The notes under the pieces were generated by a model, which saw only the letters and a program-made list of their open reading frames with translations, ran no database searches and was not told the origin of the DNA. From contig JBNGIO010006317.1 in NCBI GenBank assembly GCA_049999805.1, positions 711,662 to 774,143 of the forward strand: a stretch of DNA of 62,482 nt, in the 5' to 3' direction. This document shows positions 1 through 12,700 of this stretch, piece by piece. Within the stretch, counting starts at the first letter, position 1, and every line of letters starts with the position of its first letter. Source of the stretch: Folioceros fuciformis (lineage: Eukaryota). Position numbers and translations under genes: made by a program.

Positions 1-483
1 TGGCTACTACCCTAGACTCAATCTGACAAGCTTGCTCTTCAAGCCTTCCACAGCTATGCCTCAAGGCTAGACTTCTCACTGTCTACCTATGTCTCTCTGT
101 GTATTAGTGTATCACAATATATCCTTAAGACCCTAACACTGGCCTATTTATACTCCACAGCTAAGCCACTACTAAAGCTGGGAATGATACACACCACTCA
201 TCTCAGAGTACTAGTGGTCATTACAACTCCATCCTTCTCATGAGGTTTTGACTAGAACACACATCTTGTTTCCCAAGGCAGCAAGAAGCATACTTGCTTC
301 TTCATCAAGACAACTCTAGATTTAGCTTTCACCTTTCTACTTTTGACTTTCACCTTATTTCACTTGTGTCATTACTTCAGAAGTGAATATGGTAATCTTG
401 GGAGATTAAGTCAATATGGTATTCTTATAAGATTAAGCAGCTGATGGGGTTCCATATATAATTATATAATTCTCGCTACATCA
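1..483 (-). mobile_element. Possible LTR (partial) of an LTR retrotransposon
   Basis: Non-coding. The minus strand begins TGATGTAGCG at 483 (LTR-like TG start) and has TATAAATAG at ~144-152. No second LTR or pol ORF is visible. Confidence 0.25.
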
Positions 484-723
484 AAATCTAGTAACAAGCA
501 ACTAAAAAAACTTCTATATATGTTGTACTATGGCGTTCATTTTAATTATATACTATCTACTGATGCAGCAAACTGATTTAACATATTCTACGCGACTTGC
601 CCTCATCTACTCACGTTGCTTACTTATATCTTTACATTCATTTAGATTTATGAGAAAAATCGGATAAATATATAAAAAAAAAACTCATCATAGAGAGCCA
701 AATTAGCAAGGTATTGAACCACA

Positions 724-1248
724 ATGGACCTTTCAATTAGCCAGTGGGAAGTAATATTGAATGGTGCCAAATACAATACAAAGACTACAATGAACAAATA
801 TGATGGCAACGAGACACTTAGTTGTAGTATTTGTCTTGAAGAGATTGAAAAGGGAAAAAATAATATAATCAAGATCATTGAATGTGGTCATATTTTCCAC
901 TTTAAGAAATGTCTTGTACCATGGATTAAGAGGAATCGTACGTGTCCGAACTGTAGGGGTGATATATTTTATTCTATTAGTTCTCAAACAATACAACAGG
1001 ATCAAGTATCGTTTCATGAAGGAGTTACATCAATAACCCTCCCCAACGTAACACTATGTCTTCGAGGATTTGGACTCATGCGTGCACCTTTTACTGAATC
1101 TGAGATATCACAAATATCACGAATATGGCTTTTGGATGGCTTCTTGGGTATCCAGTTGGCACATGAAGCACTTACCTTTCAAATTGTTGAAGATGACCCA
1201 CAGCGACGTGAATATACGTACCTAGCGAGTATCTTCTTTGGCTCATAG
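724..1248 (+). CDS. RING-H2 zinc finger protein (putative E3 ligase), intronless, AT-rich
   Basis: CSIC...ECGHIFHFKKC..W...CPNC matches the C3H2C3 RING-H2 pattern; 174 aa ORF. Confidence 0.8.
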   Translation: MDLSISQWEVILNGAKYNTKTTMNKYDGNETLSCSICLEEIEKGKNNIIKIIECGHIFHFKKCLVPWIKRNRTCPNCRGDIFYSISSQTIQQDQVSFHEGVTSITLPNVTLCLRGFGLMRAPFTESEISQISRIWLLDGFLGIQLAHEALTFQIVEDDPQRREYTYLASIFFGS

Positions 1249-1712
1249 ACTCACCATGGGCAATGTGATGTGTGTTTCAACCAATGAGTGATGCCTCACT
1301 TGTGAACCTATGTGTATAGATATATGTGAGTCTCAAAATTATGGCTCCTAAGTAAGATGTAGGTGCACGGTTTTTTTCTCATCAACACCTACATGATGTA
1401 ATTTGTTGCTCAATGTGATAACATAGCCCACCATTCATCCAAGAATGCGGTATTGAAATTTGTGCAAGAAGTTGATGGGAGAGGTGAAAGCATGAAGAAG
1501 GGTGTGGATCTTGTTGGACACGGATGACTGCTGCCAATTTTCACGTTGATTTGGTCTAGCTATGTGGAGGTGAAGAACTTCCTTTGTCTAGTTAAGCCTT
1601 TATGCATAGATCATGTGCTAGGTCTACCTTTGCAAGGCTTTTGTTGACTATAGATCCGCAAGTGTATTCTATGAGTCTAACGTTGACAGTTAGAACCAAA
1701 AAATCCTAACAA

Positions 1713-1974
1713 GATGCAGCATCCTATCTTGATTAAATCGATCACCAACTTCTCAAACAATAGTTTTGTTTTGCAAAGCACCCCTTTTTTCTTTCTCATC
1801 AAGCACCCTATGTCACTTGATCCACATCAAAGGAAAGTTCATGATGCAGCATCCTGTCTTGATTAAATCGATCACGAACTTCTCAAACAATAATTTTGTT
1901 TGGCAAAGCACCCCTTTTTTCTGTCTCATCAAACACCCTATGTCACTTGATCCACATCAAAGGAAAGTTCATGA
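1713..1974. repeat. Tandem duplication, ~130 bp x2
   Basis: GATGCAGCATCCT...GGAAAGTTCAT starts at 1713 and 1843; the copies are near-identical. Confidence 0.9.
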
Positions 1975-2109
1975 CAGCGCTAGCTTCTGCTGTTAGTAGG
2001 GTTACAAAGGGTAGGACAGGGACCTAATGAAGGTCACCCCTCCTATTATCTACCCTATCCTAATACAAACTAGATGCAACTTCTCAAATTTGAAACGAAT
2101 GAAGAACCT

Positions 2110-2490
2110 TAATAGATCCCTTATAGAGAGCCTCAATCAATCTCATACAAAAGAACCTCAATCGATCCCATGTAAAGAGCCTCACTCGATCTCATATAAA
2201 GAGCCTCAGTCGATCCTATATATATAAAGAGCCTCAATCCTCAGTCAATCCCATATAAAGAGCCTCAATCCTCAATCCTCAATCGATCCCATATTAATAG
2301 CCTTAATCCTAGAGTTTCTATCGATCCCATATAAATAACATTAATCTTTAATCGATCCCATTTAAAGAGCCTTAATCGATCCCATATAAATAACCTTAAT
2401 CCTTAGTCAATCCTATATAAAGAGTCTTAATCGATCCCATATATGTAGCCTTAATCCTTAGTCGATCCCATATAAAGAGCCTCAATCAAT
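2110..2490. repeat. Degenerate minisatellite, core ATCGATCCCATATAAAGAGCCTCAATC
   Basis: More than ten variant copies of the motif are visible. Confidence 0.9.
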
Positions 2491-3353
2491 AAAGGATCTC
2501 CTTGAGCATAAGTGACAACGACTCTACAACATCTCTCCCAAGAGCTAGCCTCCAATTCCTACTCTTTCAGTGGGGCTGATGTATATTGTCAATTGTTGAG
2601 GAACTGACTTGGTTCACAAAGCTGCCAAGTTTTGCTTGTTTTGACGATCTGTTGCCAAATCTTTCAAGCGTAGGCAACAGAAGTCCGTGCTTGTCGGTGT
2701 GTAGGTGTGCCAGTGTGTGGGGTATCAGCAAGATGTAAGGGCTGTAATAGTACTTGAGTATTGAGTGAAAAACTAAGACAAGAAAGATTTCTCGACCCAG
2801 AATCGTGGTGGACTCGGGCAAGGGTTTTGTGGTGCACAATGTCTCATTCCAGGCACGCATGGGCTTGTTTGAACCACACCGACGATGCCTACAAGCACAA
2901 AAAATGCCACGATTTTTAGGCACGAGAGGGAATGAGATCTTGAGCTAAAACCAAAGTGCCATGTTTATCCCCAGCAATTCTACACCGAGTGATCAATGTG
3001 ATGATGAGCTGTGTAGCTTCAAATCCAGTTCACTCTTAACCGCTGAAGTCGCAAAGTCGTAAACGACGGTTCATGAATCACAAGTGGATCTCGCAATGGC
3101 AATCGTGGCTACCGCATGCTGTGACAAGAATGCTTACGACGTGACCTGCATGTCCTGCACGGAAGTAACAGTGGCTCTCGGCAGCACCTGTGCTTTAGCT
3201 GGGAGTCCGCCATGAGGCTCCCAGTTAAAGCACTGCTTTACCCGGATAGCGGTGGAGCTGGCGTACTCTACGAAACCTGCACCCGACTTGTTCCAGCTGC
3301 CTGCCTTCACAAGGAAGAAAGGTGTGGCCAGCTAGCAAGCGAGGAGAGCGGAT

Positions 3354-4979
3354 ATGCCTGAGTATAACGAGCACGCCGAGGGAATGAAGTCCTCAAGCCA
3401 TACTGAGGGAATGAAGCTTCCAAGCTTTATGTCTCCAGAGGAGGAGACATTCTTCAGAGAGGCCAAGGTTCCAGTTCGGCTGGCCGCAGCTGCGTATTCT
3501 GCATCGATATCCGATGACAAGCACACTCTGCCTTTCATCGCTGGTAGCAGTACGGTGATGCCAGTGAGCCAGCTGCTGAAGCCGTATCTCCATCTTCAAG
3601 GCGACTCGATGCAAGATATAATGGTGCATGTGGTTGTCATGCCCGTGAAACTGTCAAAAGACGCTAAAGGCGAAGGCCGAACCCGTCCGAAGAAAGTGGT
3701 CTGGGATCTGGCCTTGGTTTACCGGGGCACGCAACCTTACAATGTCTCCAACTGGATCACCGACTTCACCTTCGACCAGGAGCAGGTGGACGACTACATC
3801 TTGAGGCACACGGACCCTAAGCAGCAGAAGATGGTTCTCGCGCACCGAGGCTTCCTCAGAGCATTCAGGAGCATCCATCCGCGGCCGGCTACTGATGGCC
3901 ATTCGGACCTCAGGGTGAGCAGCGTGGTGGATAGCTTGAAAGAGGAGGTGGAGGCGACTTTCGCCAGGCGTCATAGCTGCAAGCACGGGCCTTCCAGCCA
4001 CCAGGATCCCGATCGCCAAAAGGACAGAGCCCGAATGCTGAGGCGTCAGGACGTTCTGCGCGAGGGACTGAGGGGATCTCCTAGGCGAATTTTGTGCATC
4101 GGGCACAGTCTTGGGGGAGCCTTGGCCACTCTGGGAGCTGCCTGGTGCTCCACTACCTTGGTCGAGGAGGAAGCTTTCAGGCATTCTACGGTTCACTGCA
4201 TCACGATCGGGTCTCCCAGGGTTGGAAACGGCGTGTTTGCAGAGGCTTGGGAGGACTTGCTCCTAGGAGGCAAGACCAGGAAAGGGTTCCATGACGGGCA
4301 CGGCACTGGCACTGGCACTGAGAGCTTGACATACCGGATTGTGAACGCCATGGATCCCGTCCCAAGCTCCCCACCTTCTAAGATCATGTTCTACGACTAC
4401 AAGCATGTTGGAAAGGAGGTTTACTTGGAGAGGCAGGTGGAGGACTGGAGTGTGAACGTCATTCCACACGTCGACACCGACCGGCCGTGGCAGAATACTG
4501 GTTCTGTGACTGATCACATGCAGTGGCACTACACTGCTGCGATGGTTGCAGCAGAAACGTTGGCATCCCAGCGCAAGAAAGCTGACAGGGGGGGACCCCG
4601 CACCTGGTATTCTCGGTTCAAGAAGCAGTTGGATTTGTGGGCCGTATGGAAGATGTTTGTGCACGTTTTGCAACTGGATCTTTCGTTGCGAGAACATTTG
4701 TGGTTGCTGTGTTTGTCGTGGGGGCTTGTCATCGTACTGATTTCTTTGACATCGTTCTGTTGGCTCGCCTTATTCTGCATCATGACCTTCCTCCTTCCAG
4801 CGGTTTCGTTTTGTGTTGTGTTGGACTTCGCTGTGCGTCCATTACTGTTACCATTGGATCTGCTTTTTCCATCCAAGGAACCACGTCCTCCGAACTTCAA
4901 GTTGAGCAACTTAAGCCTTGCCGTCCTGTCACCGGTTGTAATGGTGATCACCTACGTGGCTGCTTGGGTTGGTATGTAA
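3354..4979 (+). CDS. Class 3 lipase (alpha/beta hydrolase) with hydrophobic C-terminal membrane segments
   Basis: VYRGT..W.TD, AHRGF, nucleophile elbow GHSLGG, TIGSPRVGN, RIVN.MDPVP, YKHVG, DH; 541 aa intronless ORF. Confidence 0.9.
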   Translation: MPEYNEHAEGMKSSSHTEGMKLPSFMSPEEETFFREAKVPVRLAAAAYSASISDDKHTLPFIAGSSTVMPVSQLLKPYLHLQGDSMQDIMVHVVVMPVKLSKDAKGEGRTRPKKVVWDLALVYRGTQPYNVSNWITDFTFDQEQVDDYILRHTDPKQQKMVLAHRGFLRAFRSIHPRPATDGHSDLRVSSVVDSLKEEVEATFARRHSCKHGPSSHQDPDRQKDRARMLRRQDVLREGLRGSPRRILCIGHSLGGALATLGAAWCSTTLVEEEAFRHSTVHCITIGSPRVGNGVFAEAWEDLLLGGKTRKGFHDGHGTGTGTESLTYRIVNAMDPVPSSPPSKIMFYDYKHVGKEVYLERQVEDWSVNVIPHVDTDRPWQNTGSVTDHMQWHYTAAMVAAETLASQRKKADRGGPRTWYSRFKKQLDLWAVWKMFVHVLQLDLSLREHLWLLCLSWGLVIVLISLTSFCWLALFCIMTFLLPAVSFCVVLDFAVRPLLLPLDLLFPSKEPRPPNFKLSNLSLAVLSPVVMVITYVAAWVGM

Positions 4980-6111
4980 TCTGATGCATAAGGTCATCGA
5001 GCTTTGCTGAACACTGGAGCTCGTGTCTACACATTGAGCTCTAGACTGTTGATAATGTGGAATCAAGCTCTGCTGCTCCTCATAGAGTTAAACTACCTTG
5101 CTGCCCATGTAGAATACAGCTGTGCTGTTACTCCTTCCATTTTCAAGCGCTTCCTCATTTTCATGCATCCAGCTGCGGTGCCCTCATGGATCATCCAGCC
5201 CCGTTTGTGCCTCTCTGCCGCTGCTCATGGCCGTAAAGCACATCCTTCGTTTTCGTAATGGAAAGCTTTACTCAATGGATGGAAGCCAGAGGTCGGTACT
5301 TACAAGGACGTTCTCCAGCACGGGGATGCCAACAACTGCGGGACTCAAACACAGGTGATGGTGGCAAGAATCATGGAATCATGACCAACAGCCGAGAACC
5401 TAGGTCACCAGGAGAGGAAGTGTGAACTCTCGAGTGAGAGATTGTAGAGAAATTCGATTGCGCTATTGGAAAGCCGAGCAATTTGAGCACATGTCGGAAA
5501 GGGACTCGTAGTACTGGCCCTCTACGAAGAGCTGCGATCCAACTCTAGCTGTGCTTGGAGGAGATCGTCGAGAGCGGATTTGGGTAGGGGCCTCTGGAAT
5601 TTTGGAAAAGTCTTCATGGAGCCAGAAGCTAGGGCTGACGGGTGGAAGCGGGGGATATAGGAGGCCAGGGGAGAAGGACCTTTCGGTCGCGAGGGAGAAG
5701 GAAAAAGCCAGGGCACAGGGAGTGGGGATGGAGGACGTAAAAGTAGATCGAGGATATCCGGCATTGAGATGACAGGGTTCTCGGGGACAAGTCATAAGCA
5801 TCAGCAAGTGATCGACATTCTGAGAAGGGATCGACATCCTGGGAAATGAGAACAGGAGGTAAAGGTAGGATATAAGATGCTAAGGGGATGGCCAACCTGG
5901 AGAGGGCATCCCTGAGGCCGAGGCAGGACCGAGGCCTGGTGAGAGATCTGAGAGGATTGATCGAAATAAGGAGGCGAAGCGGATCGGGGTGCAGAGGTAG
6001 GGTCGCGTGGGGCTGCAGGGCTGCTGTCCGGGGAGGTTAATCTCATCAAACCATACTTTATTCTTCAAACCTTTCTCTGTGAACAAAATTTGGAAGAGAA
6101 AAGCAATATGG

Positions 6112-7599
6112 TCAACATTGGACATTGAGAGCTCTAGGCTCAAAGAGTATGAGCTGTCTGGTCCTCGGGGTCCTGAAACTACAGAACAAGGTGTCCCACT
6201 TAGCAGTGGGAATGTGGAAAGCATCCACCCGCTGCACACTTCTGCAGGGGCCAAGGAATTCCAGAGAAACCCATATGTGATCTCCCGCCAGGCCCACCTG
6301 ATCATCCCACCAGTTATCATCGAGCGTCCAGCCTTGGTAGTCAGTTTCTGGAGGCTCCATGGACACGGGCAGGATGGAAGGAGGACCCCAAGCAGACAAG
6401 TCTCGCACAAGCTTGCTGATCCCCAGCATCCGATGACGATCCGCAGCCTGGTACTGGACAGCCATATACACATCTCCCTTGTGCTCACACAAAAGAAGAC
6501 ACTGAACCAGGTGGAACGGCTCCGAATGGTGTATGCCTTCGGCCAATGGAACGGGAGGAAACCCTGCGCGGGCTTCCGCGAGCCGTTTCCCCTCGAGGTC
6601 GTAGATAAGTAAAATACCTGACAAATGATGGCCGTAAATGAGGTCGTTGGAGCCCACAGTCCAGATCCAGCCCTGCACGATGTCCAGCGCGCTGTGATGA
6701 TCCCAGCGTCCACGAACCCAAGCTCCAGTCTTGGACGAGTAGATAGCCAGCGCCCAGCGCCGGTGCACGTCTACATGGTCCAAAAAACTAGCGAGAACCG
6801 CAATCACCTTGAAGTGGGTAGGAGAGTCAGGATCCACCATGAGGAACGGCATACCAACCCTCAGAAAGTAGAATGAGCGGCCGTCAGGACTGTGGAAGTC
6901 AGGCACCATCGCCCAGGATCTCGTAAACGGGTTAATCACATGCAGCCCTGTGGCCTGTCCCGTAAGAACCATGATGAGCCCGTCCTGCGAGAAGCGAACA
7001 TCCGGCAAGTCCCCAAGCGAGGCTGGAGGTCGCAGCAGGTTCTCCGGGCAGAATGAGAGATCGAGGGGGCTGCTCCTCACGTCCCGCGTCATCCCCGAAA
7101 GTGCCCTGGTCTGATTGAGTAGCCCTGCTGCTCGCAATTCCGTGACGGGGCTATCCTCCACCGGTGAGCCCCTCCTGGAGTGAACCCGACTGTAGGAAAA
7201 CGCCAAGATGACAGGACATGAAGATTCTGGGAGGGACGGAGGAATGGCATGTCGCAGACGCTTCCAATTCTCTGTCAGCCTGTTCTTCCACTTGCTGGAC
7301 ACAGCGAGGATTCGCAACTGTGCCTGCAAAGGACAACTGAGGAACACCTGCTCCAAAACCTCTTCCGGAAGATTAGCTGCGACCTCAGGAAGAAGCTCCT
7401 CCTCCCCATCAGCGCCCGGATTCGCGACGTCTCCACTCAACGCTCCCTGAATCCGGTAAAGATCAATACTGGACCTCTGGCCCTGGCGGGGGCAAGCAGC
7501 TGAGGGCCTGTCTAGACTCGAGAGTCGAACATCGCCACCCGTATCGAATACGGGCGACGGAGTCTCAAACTTGGGCTCCGAATCCCTCACTCGCTGCAT
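6112..7599 (-). CDS. F-box protein with C-terminal F-box-associated beta-propeller-like region
   Basis: F-box NLPEEVLEQVFLSCPL...LAVSSKW; GLIMV..HVINPFTRSW..VP, FKVIAV, AIYSSKTGAW. First ATG at 7599. Confidence 0.8.
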   Translation of the reverse strand: MQRVRDSEPKFETPSPVFDTGGDVRLSSLDRPSAACPRQGQRSSIDLYRIQGALSGDVANPGADGEEELLPEVAANLPEEVLEQVFLSCPLQAQLRILAVSSKWKNRLTENWKRLRHAIPPSLPESSCPVILAFSYSRVHSRRGSPVEDSPVTELRAAGLLNQTRALSGMTRDVRSSPLDLSFCPENLLRPPASLGDLPDVRFSQDGLIMVLTGQATGLHVINPFTRSWAMVPDFHSPDGRSFYFLRVGMPFLMVDPDSPTHFKVIAVLASFLDHVDVHRRWALAIYSSKTGAWVRGRWDHHSALDIVQGWIWTVGSNDLIYGHHLSGILLIYDLEGKRLAEARAGFPPVPLAEGIHHSEPFHLVQCLLLCEHKGDVYMAVQYQAADRHRMLGISKLVRDLSAWGPPSILPVSMEPPETDYQGWTLDDNWWDDQVGLAGDHIWVSLEFLGPCRSVQRVDAFHIPTAKWDTLFCSFRTPRTRQLILFEPRALNVQC

Positions 7600-8778
7600 T
7601 GCGCTCCTGCGATGCTCGAGCACAGAAAAACCTGGATTCAGAAAAGATCCTTTGCTAGATTGATGAGCAAGTCCTTCCAGCTCCAGCTAGCGGGATTTTA
7701 ACATCTACAACTCAAGACAGAACTCCCTTCACTGCGACAAGCCGCGACCAAGCTACTGCACGCACCTCGCTGCAAGCTCCTACTCAGCAGAAACACACAC
7801 ATTGGGACGCGCAGGACAGACACCACAGAAGCGCAAGCCGCTGTCGGAAGCGACGCTAACCTAGAGCCTTCCAGCTACGGAAGGCAGGAAGCGGAGACCT
7901 GGGCCGGCGCGATCAATTCCCCTCATTGGAGAAAGGCAGGGCAGGGCAAGGCAAGGTAGCGAATGCAGCTTGGGAGGGAGGCGGACCCGGCTGGGTAGAG
8001 TTGCTTCACAGCCAGTAAACAGAAAGAAAAGATGCGCGGGACGAACAGGACGAGCGCGGCAAGATGGTGAACCTCGAAGAGAGAAGCGCCCTCAACTTGA
8101 AGCACCCGCAACCCACCATGCTGGCAGACGCACGGACCTGCAACAACAGCAGTAACAGTAAAAGCAGCAGCAGCAGGGCTCGCTCTAGGGCTGTCAGACG
8201 CAAGGTACAGCCATGGAGCTCGCCGATCGGCAGCAGGCCGTGGCCTCAGGTTCCAAGGACGGTGGCGCTGCCGCGGGAAGGACGACCAGGTAGATAGCAA
8301 GCTTGCTGCTGGCACCCAAATTAATCTCCCGCAAACCTCCCGCTTGGTCTCCACTCTCCCACTTTACAGCCCTAAAAATGAGCAAAACAAAAAGCGACGG
8401 CAGGTGCCCCTCTCTCCCGCGCGACCTCTCTCTCTCTCTTCTTCACCCCCATTCCCCTCCCCGTCGCCCTCTACCCGGCAGGGGCCCAGGGCAGATTCGC
8501 CTCAATCTGCCTTAATTGAGCGACATTGAGCGGGGACGTCAGAGTCTGACGGCCCCGGTGGTAGCTGGAGCGTGCCCAGCAGCAGCTGCTGACAATGCAT
8601 GCGCATGGCCTGCCGTGCGGCTCGTCTTGCAATCCCAGCTCCAGCACCCAGCGCGGGGGGCCTGGAGCCAGAGCGACTTGTTCCTTCGCATTTGCAACCC
8701 CGTCTCCGTCTCTTCTCGCCTGGATCAGGCCCAGGTCCCTGCCATACCTCATCCTGTCCCTCACCCAGCCTCACCACA

Positions 8779-8916
8779 CCGTTCATTCTTTGGCTTGTCC
8801 TGCCCGTCCGCGGCTGCTCGCCCTCGAACAAACGCTAACCTCGAAGGCCGTTCATTCTTTGGCTTGTCCTGCCCGTCCGCGGCTGCTCGCCCTCGAACAA
8901 ACGCTAACCTCGAAGG
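8779..8916. repeat. Tandem duplication, 69 bp x2
   Basis: CCGTTCATTCTTTGG...ACCTCGAAGG occurs twice back to back. Confidence 0.9.
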
Positions 8917-9334
8917 GTTTGTTTAACTCCCGGCTCGGTTAAGAATAACTAGGGGTTGTCACTGTCAAACCGGTGTGCCACCCAAGCGGAAGAAACTAGG
9001 CATATTGTTGCGTTGAGAACGAACCAAGCCTCCGTACATAATCTCCTGGGGCATATATCTTTTTAGGTTGTAGTCTGTAGATGTCAGATGCAACTACATA
9101 CAGACGTATTTTGCTTCTCGAGTATAACTTAACTTAAAAATTATCTTATAATTAGTACATATTTATATTAAAATAATTGACTATAGTGATCTTGATGCAT
9201 GTTATTCTGATACGCATGTATATTATCATGTGATTTATTCTTTCTGTACAGATTACGTACCTTAGCGCGCATGATGCATATCAGATTACGTAGTGTGCAT
9301 AATGCATATCACATAACATGCATGACAGGACAAC

Positions 9335-9705
9335 ATGACGTGTGCATGATCGAATTGCAAACCACGTCGCGTGCATGATCGGATTGCTCAAACCACATAG
9401 CGTGCATGATCGGATTGCTCAAACCACGTAGCGTGCATGATCGGATTGCTCAGACCACGTAGCGTGCATGATCCGATTGCAAGCCACGTAACATGCATGA
9501 TCCTATTGCAAACCACGTAACGTGCATGATCCAATTATAAACCACGTAGCGTGCATGATCTGATTGCAAAACCATGTAATGTGCATGATCTGATTGCAAA
9601 CCACGTAACATGCATGATCCAATCGCAAACCACGTAACATGCATGTCCAATCGCAAACCACGTAGCGTGCATGATCTGATTGCAAAACACATAGCGTGCA
9701 AGATG
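9335..9705. repeat. Minisatellite, ~28-31 bp unit AAACCACGTAGCGTGCATGATCGGATTGC, about 12 copies
   Basis: Direct tandem copies without unique spacers; degenerate copies extend to ~9245. Confidence 0.92.
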
Positions 9706-12700
9706 CACAACACTTAGCCTTTGCAATAACTAATCAATAGCAAAGTACATAACAATAGTTGGTTCGTCGGCACTTCAAGTATTCTTTACTGTTTTACTTT
9801 TGACAGACCTTCAAAAGTCAAAGGCCAGTAATCGAAAATCAACAACAATGTCCTTTCCATAGTTCTTCTTATCTCAACCCATCATCAAGGCGCATGAGCA
9901 AAAAACAATGTATAATCCAGACGGTTTTATATATATATATATATATTAAATAATATATTAAAATATACTCAATCCTCCATCAGAACTGGGCTCGTCTCTT
10001 CCTCTCATGGCGTTTGGGAGCTCCTTCCTTCTTCCATGGTGTTTGGGGAGCTGCTTTAGGCACCTGGGCATCGTCGGGTCCTTCCGGATGTATCTTTTCT
10101 TTATTATTTATTAAACGAAAATGTCTAAGTACGTAACATTATCCTGTCGGGTGGTTGTATGCGAGATGAGCGCAGAGTGTGCAATGTTGGTTCTCCTTGG
10201 GTTGGTAGGTAGGTAGATGGGCTCACCAGACTCGCACCATGTCTCTCTCGGCCCGCCCATCTTGGAATCAAGTTGCATGTGGGATTGGAGGAGCGGAGGT
10301 CTGGGGTCCCGGCTGCAACTTGCCAGCGCCAGCTTGAAGGCACTGGCGTTTGTACAAAGGTATTTTGTGTACGTGAGCTTGGGGAGGTGAGGTGCGGGGC
10401 CGCACAGGGAGGGAGTCGGGAGCAAGGGCACAGCGAAGCAGAGTCTGTGAGATACATACAGTCTGGAAGCGATCGAACAGTCACGTCGCCATCAGGGCCC
10501 TCAGCTAGCGCTGCAGCCTGCTCGTGTGGCCTCCCGAGCGGAGACGGGCCGGCGACAGGCACGGCCCAGGGTTTGCTCCCACCGCACATGGCCTTGGAAA
10601 CGCATCATTAAACTTCTTCCGAGTTAGAGAGGTCGGACTGGTGCTGTCGCCATCTCGCAGCTGGAGTTGCTTCAGGGGGGGTTTAAGCGGGCCCAGATTC
10701 AGATGCACCAGCACTCATCTCGGGCTTGCAAGCTACAGCAACCAGGTGTGTACGTTCATGCCGCTCTCAGAGTTGTTGGAGCTCTGGCACAAGGGCCAGG
10801 GTGAGTGCAAGGGTCTGGCCAATTTGGTGGTGGTGGCCGCTCGCGATCGGACCTCGCTGCTGGGCCGACTGGTACTTTTTTCTCATGGACGATAGAGGAC
10901 ACAGCCAGCTAGCTGGTGATGCTCTGGAGCTCGACTGTGTCATGGCGATGACCAGTAGGGTATCAGCATACGCTACTGACCACAGTACTGTGTGATGTTG
11001 TCACTGGTACATTCGAAGGTGAATTGATGGGGCAAGTCCATAGATGCCCTCTCCACTAAGCAGACGTGGTGCGGAGTTAGGTTGCAGAGCTTGCGCAGTT
11101 GTCACGTCACCAGAGGCCCTCTGCAGTCTGCGACCTTCCTTGTTGTCCTCTTGGTATCCACTTTCGGGGCCTGCAACTGCTGCAAGTCTCACAATGGATC
11201 AGCCTTGGTGTGCCCGGCGATCGGCCACTGCAAATCAGAAGGTGCTCATGCCTCACTTTGTCATTTGTTGCCTTACAAGTGTTAATGACGCAGATGCGAG
11301 GATGAGGGTGAAGTTGTGATAGATGCTGCACACCTCCTTGACTTGTCCATGACCGGGGCCTCTCTTAAACCTAGCCTGGCACGAATTTCTTGTGAAACCT
11401 GCTTTTCTTGCTTCACATTTCTGAGCGGAAAGCGACCTTCGCGAAGAAAGGCGGAGAGACGGGAAGGGACCTACTGGAGCGTCTGTGACACCGTAAAAGG
11501 GTAACGTGCTGTAAAGCGCCAGGTGACGTGGTGGCAGGTATGCCGCTTTCTGTTTTGTCTGAAAACTGCTCCTCACATGACAAGAATTCACTCTTTGCAG
11601 ATTGTGAGGTGAAATGTCCGCTGCCTGGATGTACGCTCTAAAAGGAACGCCCAGTGCAGAAATAACAACTATTCCAGATGAAGAGAGGTAGAGAGCTGTG
11701 GACCTGCTTCTCACCCCGTCCTTGTCTAGCTACTGTAGCTTTCTGCTTGAAAATGTCCCGAACATCAGTTCAGCGGGCAAGGGCCCAATCCTTTGCAGCT
11801 GGGAAGCTGGGTGATGAAGAAACCTGTGAGGCGGGATTTTATGGGATGAAGCAAGCTATGGGATGGGTTTTTGTGGGATGAAGCAACCTGTGCCACAGAA
11901 GCACCAACAGAAGCTTTTCCACCGATCCTCCTATATGCACCACTTGCAACCCATCAACCTCCTTCAGTACGAGGAGATGGTTTGGGAGAAGGCCCCGTTT
12001 GCACCGCCGGACAAAAAACATCTGCACAGCCAGGGGTACAGTTATGCAGTCAGGCCTGCATAAGTTGCCATCCGAGCTCCTCGTGTACAGCCAAGGACAT
12101 GGCTCTAGTGCCTGAAGTCACAAAAGTGATAGCAGAGACCTGAAGAAGTTTAAACATGAGCACGGAGAGAATCTTAAAAATCTATGGATGAGGAAGCCCA
12201 CAAGGAAAGCCGTCGTCTACCGGAATTCTCCAAGAAGCAAAGGAAAGCCCCTTCATCGGTACCCAAGCCCAAGTACCCCGGCCTTCGGGAGTCGTGACTT
12301 GTATAAGTAGTAAAAGTGCTTTCGCATAAGCCTACTTCAGTGACCATGTCTTGGAGTGGGAGTAGCTTGATACGGCCCTGTGGCACATCCGACAGCACAG
12401 GATCAGCACCAACAGAGTGTCTCCTCAACGTATCTGAACACCTTGCTGAAATCGGATTCTTGTGCTTGAGCTTGAGCTTGAGCTTGAGCTGGGAAGCATG
12501 TAGTGGGTGTCATGCAGTGACACGCGTGCAGCCGAGTGCTCCCGTTGGGAAGAGCCTGGCCCGTGGATTCCCTCTGACACCACCCCGCCAGGTTGCCCTG
12601 ACCGTTGAACCATTGTTGGACACTCTCGGTCGGTCGCATTTTCGCCCATGGTAGCGGCGGATGTGAATCCACCGCTACCATACAAGAATGTCGAGGGGCA

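Noticed and set aside
2568-2940. PPT-like AGTGGGGC followed by TGATGTA (possible LTR start)
   Set aside because: No matching second LTR, target-site duplication or pol remnant could be found.
9335-9705. CRISPR-like array
   Set aside because: The units are contiguous with no unique spacers, there are no cas genes and the context is eukaryotic; it is a minisatellite.
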